Shown: positions 59,314-64,000 of the stretch, in pieces | Layout: every line of letters starts with the position of its first letter | Numbering within the stretch: position 1 is the stretch's first letter | The notes under the pieces: generated by a model | Database searches by the model: none | What the model was told of the DNA's origin: nothing | Seen by the model: the letters and a program-made list of their open reading frames with translations, nothing else | Translations under genes and position numbers: made by a program | Assembly: GCA_951406725.2 (NCBI GenBank) | Contig: OX597818.1 | Span: 110,360,001 to 110,424,000, forward strand | Length of the DNA: 64,000 nt | Direction of reading: 5' to 3' | From: Octopus vulgaris | Lineage: Eukaryota

Positions 59314-60550
59314 TGCTTTTTTTTCAGTCATAGAGTTAGATTTATGAAGGTCTTCAGTAGAAAATCCTTCGAATTCTGACTCGCTGCTTGATATAATGAA
59401 ATTCGTATCCATTTTTTGTCAGAATTACAAATTTTGAAAACACAATAGGAACAAATTTCGGAAAAAAATCTCCCATAATTCACGGAATTAAAATTACACT
59501 TCGATTTTTGTACAAAACTGTAGTTGAAGTGTTTACGAAGTATAATACGTGTTTTCACGAATGTACTAAAGAGATTTACTCTGATATTCTCATTTAAATA
59601 TGAATAGGTAAATTCGGGCGGTTTGGTAACGAAAGGGTTAAACGGATGCATACATTTATTAATCTCTTATTATAATAACTATATATAAGTGTCGTCTGTT
59701 TATACATAAACACTGTTTCATACTGCAATTATATATACATATATCTATATATAATATTATATAATAAAATATATACAGAGTAAAATAAAAACCAATTTAC
59801 CTTTTCTGTATTGTTATAGCAATTCCACCGTCCGTGTGTCTTTGCAAATGTGTTGGAATGATAAGTGAGTTGTTTTTTGGCGCCTTTTTTACTAATAACA
59901 AACATACACGTGTTTGTATGTAGTTGTTTGAAACGTTTGTGTTTGCCACTCTCATATATGTATGTGTATGCGTGTGTGTAAGGAATGACACACACACACT
60001 CACGCACGCACACATGTACATCAATGCTTTCGGAGTGAAATGTTAAAATATTGAGTTTTCTCGAATTTTGTCTTAATTGGGGGTGAAATTGAAAGAAATA
60101 TATTATGGCATGACCGAATGGAGTACTTTGAAAAATCTTAGGTAAACTCTAATTGAAGAAATTGTGTGAGGAGTAAATCGTTATGTATTTATTTGTTTCT
60201 GTTTGCTGTGTTTTTTTATTTTTTGAGTAGTGGTTTAAATACTTTCAGTTTAGTCTTCCTCAAATCACTATGTCGCTATTTACTTTCATTTTATTCGTTG
60301 CACACTGTGTGTGTGCGTGTGCGTGTGGTGTAAACCACATTAAGAAAAGCATTTGACATACACACCAGAATGTGAGCTTTCTGTAAATTTTGCTTAATTG
60401 GAGTTTAAATTTTAAAAACTGGACCTGGCATGACCCGATGCATTCTACTCTTAAAAATGCTAGGTAAATTGTAATTGAAGAAATCCTATATTGTAGATTT
60501 CTATAAGTTACAAAGGGAGGCAGATAAAATCTGCCTTTTATAATAAGAGA
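59314..60550 (-). mobile_element. 5' part of a composite non-autonomous Helitron
   Basis: 5' TC terminus tctcttattataaaaggcagattttatctgcct at 60550; internal diverged direct repeat (60060-60165 vs 60385-60485); a second tctcttattataa in opposite orientation at 59663. Confidence 0.75.
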
Positions 60551-61054
60551 TGGATTTCGTGGAATTACTGTATTTTACATTTATAAATTCAATGTATTAG
60601 TCAAGAGAAGTCATTAAGACACCATCCATTACTTACCAATTATATGCTGATCAATTTTTGTTTGGAAGCTTCCATTTTGTGGTGCCCGTATTTTGAATGA
60701 TGGAGATACATCGTCTTTTGTTTAATTAAATTCTTGGGATAATGTTTCCTACATTTGTCCTTCACGCAATGTGCTGTTGGATTAAAGTAAGCATATAGTC
60801 CATGAACAATGTTCGGTTTTACAATTTCATCAAGTTCTTAATCTTTTGTTGTGTGTGGAATTTCTAATATTATGGAATCAGTCACATTAGCAGGAATTTT
60901 CTGCAAACGCCAGATTCATACATGGGCGCGAGGTGGGCATCCTTTTCATCATTCATTTGTATACATGTGGCAACGTCTCGGTCGAGATTTCGATATAAGG
61001 TTTATTAATATCGAAAGTTTGAATTGAAAATCTCTTGCAATTAGGCCGTGTCTA

Positions 61055-61170
61055 TCGGTGTGTGTGTCTGGGAGAGCCTCTGCTTCGATTTTGTCGGTGT
61101 GTGTGTCTGGGAAAGCCTCTGCTTCGATTTTGTCGGTGTGTGTGTCTGGGAAAACCTTCGCTTTGGTTTT
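61055..61170. repeat. 39-bp tandem triplication inside the Helitron Rep remnant
   Basis: tcggtgtgtgtgtctggga(g/a)agcctctgcttcgattttg starts at 61055, 61094 and 61133. Confidence 0.95.
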
Positions 61171-61281
61171 ATCCTATTTAGCATTTCAAGTAAAAGTGAG
61201 GAAAATGGCGTGACATCCCTAATTATGTACCTCAGTTGTGATGTTCTATGTCATCTCCCAATCTAGTTTAGCCCACGTATC

Positions 61282-61556
61282 TGTAGCGATGGGTATGCGG
61301 TCACTTTGAATATATCTCACGGTGTGGCGACCGTGTCCTGCCTAGTTACAGGTTGCCCGTTGGCAGGGCATAGCATCCGTTCAGCGACCCTGCCAGGGAT
61401 AAGGGGAGGTTACGGGAGTGCAGCATGGTGGAATGTGAAGATGCAGCGGAAGAGTTCAAGTGAGCCGAGCAGGGGAATGCTAGAAGACCAGCGATCAGGG
61501 TCACCCAGTTCTATCAGTAGAGTAACTGCAACGCATCCGTAGGGGTGGCATCCACA
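61282..61556 (+). mobile_element. Candidate solo LTR inserted in the Helitron fossil
   Basis: GC-richer 275-bp block starting TGTAGCGATG and ending CATCCACA (TG...CA), interrupting collinear Rep homology; target-site duplication not clearly preserved. Confidence 0.4.
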
Positions 61557-62919
61557 TTATTGCAAACATCTGGTGAAAGCTTCATTATGACTCATGCTCT
61601 CAAATTAAATTACACCGAATTGTATTCGATGACCGCAGAGAGTCACGAGAGTCTGTGCAAGCAACGCGTCCGGATATCAGCAAAAGATTTTGTCAATAAC
61701 GAAGATCGTTTTTTATTTATATAATTTTAAGTAAAACCACCAAGGTATGGTACATCAAAGCCATATCTATCTTCCCCGTTAAGAAAAGCAGCGGATATTC
61801 TAAAGCTTCATATCAATGATGAGTTCCAGTTATGACTTTGATGCTATTGGCACTACACTTCAGAATGATGTCTCATTTGTCATGTTAGACTCCAACCATG
61901 ACAATCACTACTTCCTTACGCTCAGAAACGCTGATTGGACTTGTTCCTCAGCTGGCCTTTTGCTAAGTTGATGACAACTTGAAAATCTAAAGTGGAAACA
62001 TATTCTCAAAGATAGCGAAATCTTCTAACATAAGAATTCCTTTCAAGAAGTATTTTTTGTAGTTTTAAAATAAGTTCTAAACTTGTGCTTGGACAGTTCT
62101 TGTTGCGACATTGTGCTTCTTTTTGAACGTTACCTAAAATATATCTCTGTAAAAATCATCGATCTTTATTCTGTAAGGTTTTAGGACAGACAATTCTGTG
62201 ACAAGTTTGTCCTGATACATTAAAACCACTTTCCCTAATTTTTTGGCCCCAATTGTAGGCTCGACTGTTTTAAGAAAGTGTTTTGTTTCTGAAATGCTAC
62301 CCAAAAGAAGACCAATTATAAAAATCTGGTAGCTGAGTTTACGTGAATGCGCCATACCTTTAGAACAGCAGACGATGAATGATTCCTCATTTTCTCGCTC
62401 CATACTTGTAACATGTTATGCACACAGAGCCCAAGAATGCAATTTAATCCGATGTATAATCAGGATTAGGATTATAAATCAGCCCCACCCTCTGTTTTTA
62501 TTGAGGATTGTTTGGGGAAAACATTCTCATTTTTCATTTTCGGTCTTTTTCGCTTTCTTGTGCTACATTATACGTTTCTCCTTTTTTTAAAACAAAAATC
62601 TTTTACCATCGTCTTTTTTACTTCTTTGTGCTTTTTTATATATATTTTACAATTTTTTTCATTTTATCGTCTTCTTCCTTTGTCCACTTCACATATTTTC
62701 TCACGATTGCAATTTTGGTTTTTATATTCCCTTCGCTTTCTTATTATTATGCATATATAATTTTTTGGAATTCTCATTCTTTTCGAATCTTTTCGATTTT
62801 TTTTTTTGCTGTCTTGTGGTGTTTCATTCGCATCAACATTTCTCTTCTGCTCGTGATTGTTTCTAGAAAAGAGAGCATCATCTGGCTTGTTGTTTGTTTG
62901 ACCTCACTAGAGAAACAAA

Positions 62920-63230
62920 TACTTTCCTTTCTGTAAGCGCTCGACTGCAAATGGTGAACTGAGGAAGAATAATTTTATCATCCATTTTTTGCGATGATTC
63001 TCGTCTGCTACATTGTACAAATCATTGATGGCAGCCAATTCAATATTACCACTGAACGTTCGATCCCTATTAATGTATATTTGATATTCCTGTAGTGAAC
63101 TGTAAAGAATGAATGGAAGAAAATACCTCCAAATATTGCGTATGTTCTCTATTGCTTCTCGAAGCGTTCGGTAACGTGTGAAAACATTGAGAAATAGTGA
63201 CACAGTTCTCAATATGCAGTTACAAGTATC
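62920..63230 (-). pseudogene. OTU-like cysteine protease domain of the Helitron
   Basis: DTCNCILRTVSLFL...YRTLREAIENIRNIW..F...LQEYQIYINRDRTFSGNIELAAINDLYNV matches the OTU pattern DGNCLFR.....R.....Y...M.....G...EL.A. Confidence 0.7.
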
Positions 63231-64000
63231 TTAAAGTATTTAATATTGATAAGTTAATTAGATTTCTCAAAAATTTTCAATGAATTTCGTAAAGTACTTT
63301 TGTCTTCAGTTTCAATTTTAGATGGCTTCTTCACAAAGAAGACGTTGATTGATAATGTCAATACCAAAGACTAACAAGAAACTAAACTATACCAATCTCC
63401 TCTTTAAAAAGCTGTATTTCTAGCTTAGTGGTAGATGACTGGTTAAGTACAATTTTATTAGTAATATAAAAGAAATTAATAATTTTTTAAATCAATTTAA
63501 TACGGTACCACTTTAATTCAGACTTTAGACGTCTTCTTCTTGAAGAGTATATATCATTACGCTTTAGACAAATGTGCTACACTGTCACATGGTTAAATGA
63601 AAAGAGAGGCAAGCAGCGAGAAAAGAGAAAGGGATGCGTTAATGATGTGAGGTAGGCGGAAAGTAATAGTTATTAGATGTTTATAAAGTTAGTTGAAAGG
63701 AGAGAGAAAGAGAAAGAGAGTTAAAAGTACAATAAAAAGCAGAGTGGGGATGCTGTGGTGGTTAAAGAAAGACAGATAGGTAGAGAGAGAGGGGAACAGT
63801 TATATTTAGAGTAAGAGGCGAAGAGAGAGAGAAGAGGGTAGTGGCACTATTGGCAGCCGATGCATTACACTGCCACATAGTTAGTGGAGGTGAGAGGTGC
63901 AGAAAAAGAGAAGGGAGAGAAATGATAAAGACGCGAAGAGGAGAATGACATGGTTGAAAAGTTTGTTGTAGTTAGAGGCAGAGATAAAAAGAGAGAAATA

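Larger units (their letters stand above)
57430..63230 (-). mobile_element. Fossil autonomous Helitron (OTU - Rep - PIF1 helicase), interrupted
   Basis: Collinear minus-strand remnants: CNCILRTVS...GNIELAAI (OTU), CCSKG, LQKILLERNSYV, YEALEYPLLF, IFLTFT, LIARDF, PRAHV (HUH), NIVHG, SI|MYICKYVNKG, IHERYPPV..L.VH..NGQRIYF, GLL*DDSHW, NFRQTSPVIPKSTKADE, GHTLK. Many stops and frameshifts. Confidence 0.9.

Noticed and set aside
59662-60551. 14-bp inverted ends (atctcttattataa) as TIRs of a cut-and-paste element
   Set aside because: Both look like Helitron 5' TC termini, and the host frame rejoins only when 58920-60550 is removed.
61055-61170. 39-bp repeats as a CRISPR-like array
   Set aside because: Head-to-tail tandem copies with no spacers, inside a eukaryotic Helitron coding remnant.

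Overview
Eukaryotic, AT-rich, microsatellite-dense DNA ((TA)n, (CA)n, (GATA)n, (AAT)n, (GAAA)n). The tRNA-derived SINE families resemble those described from octopus, so I infer a coleoid cephalopod genome. I find no intact host gene, and almost all short ORFs in the track are translated microsatellite. The real coding content is transposon-derived. (1) A young CR1/L2-group LINE (41181-45353, +) sits in (TA)n. Its ORF1 carries a duplicated CCCH finger, and the ORF1/ORF2 junction looks like a U-UUU-UUA -1 frameshift site followed by a hairpin. (2) Several 5'-truncated R4/Dong-type restriction-like endonuclease (RLE) LINEs sit in (AAT)n. (3) There is an internally deleted L1/Tx1 element (minus strand). 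(4) A fossil autonomous Helitron of about 6 kb (OTU + Rep + PIF1, minus strand) has its catalytic tyrosine motif split by a composite non-autonomous Helitron. (5) There are Neptune/Penelope-like element ends and at least seven different hammerhead-ribozyme-like families, several within fold-back palindromes next to (TA)n. The window also holds SINEs, Tc1/mariner/pogo MITEs, a candidate solo LTR and a possible decayed GPCR pseudogene. All calls come from reading motifs by eye; no database search or folding was run.
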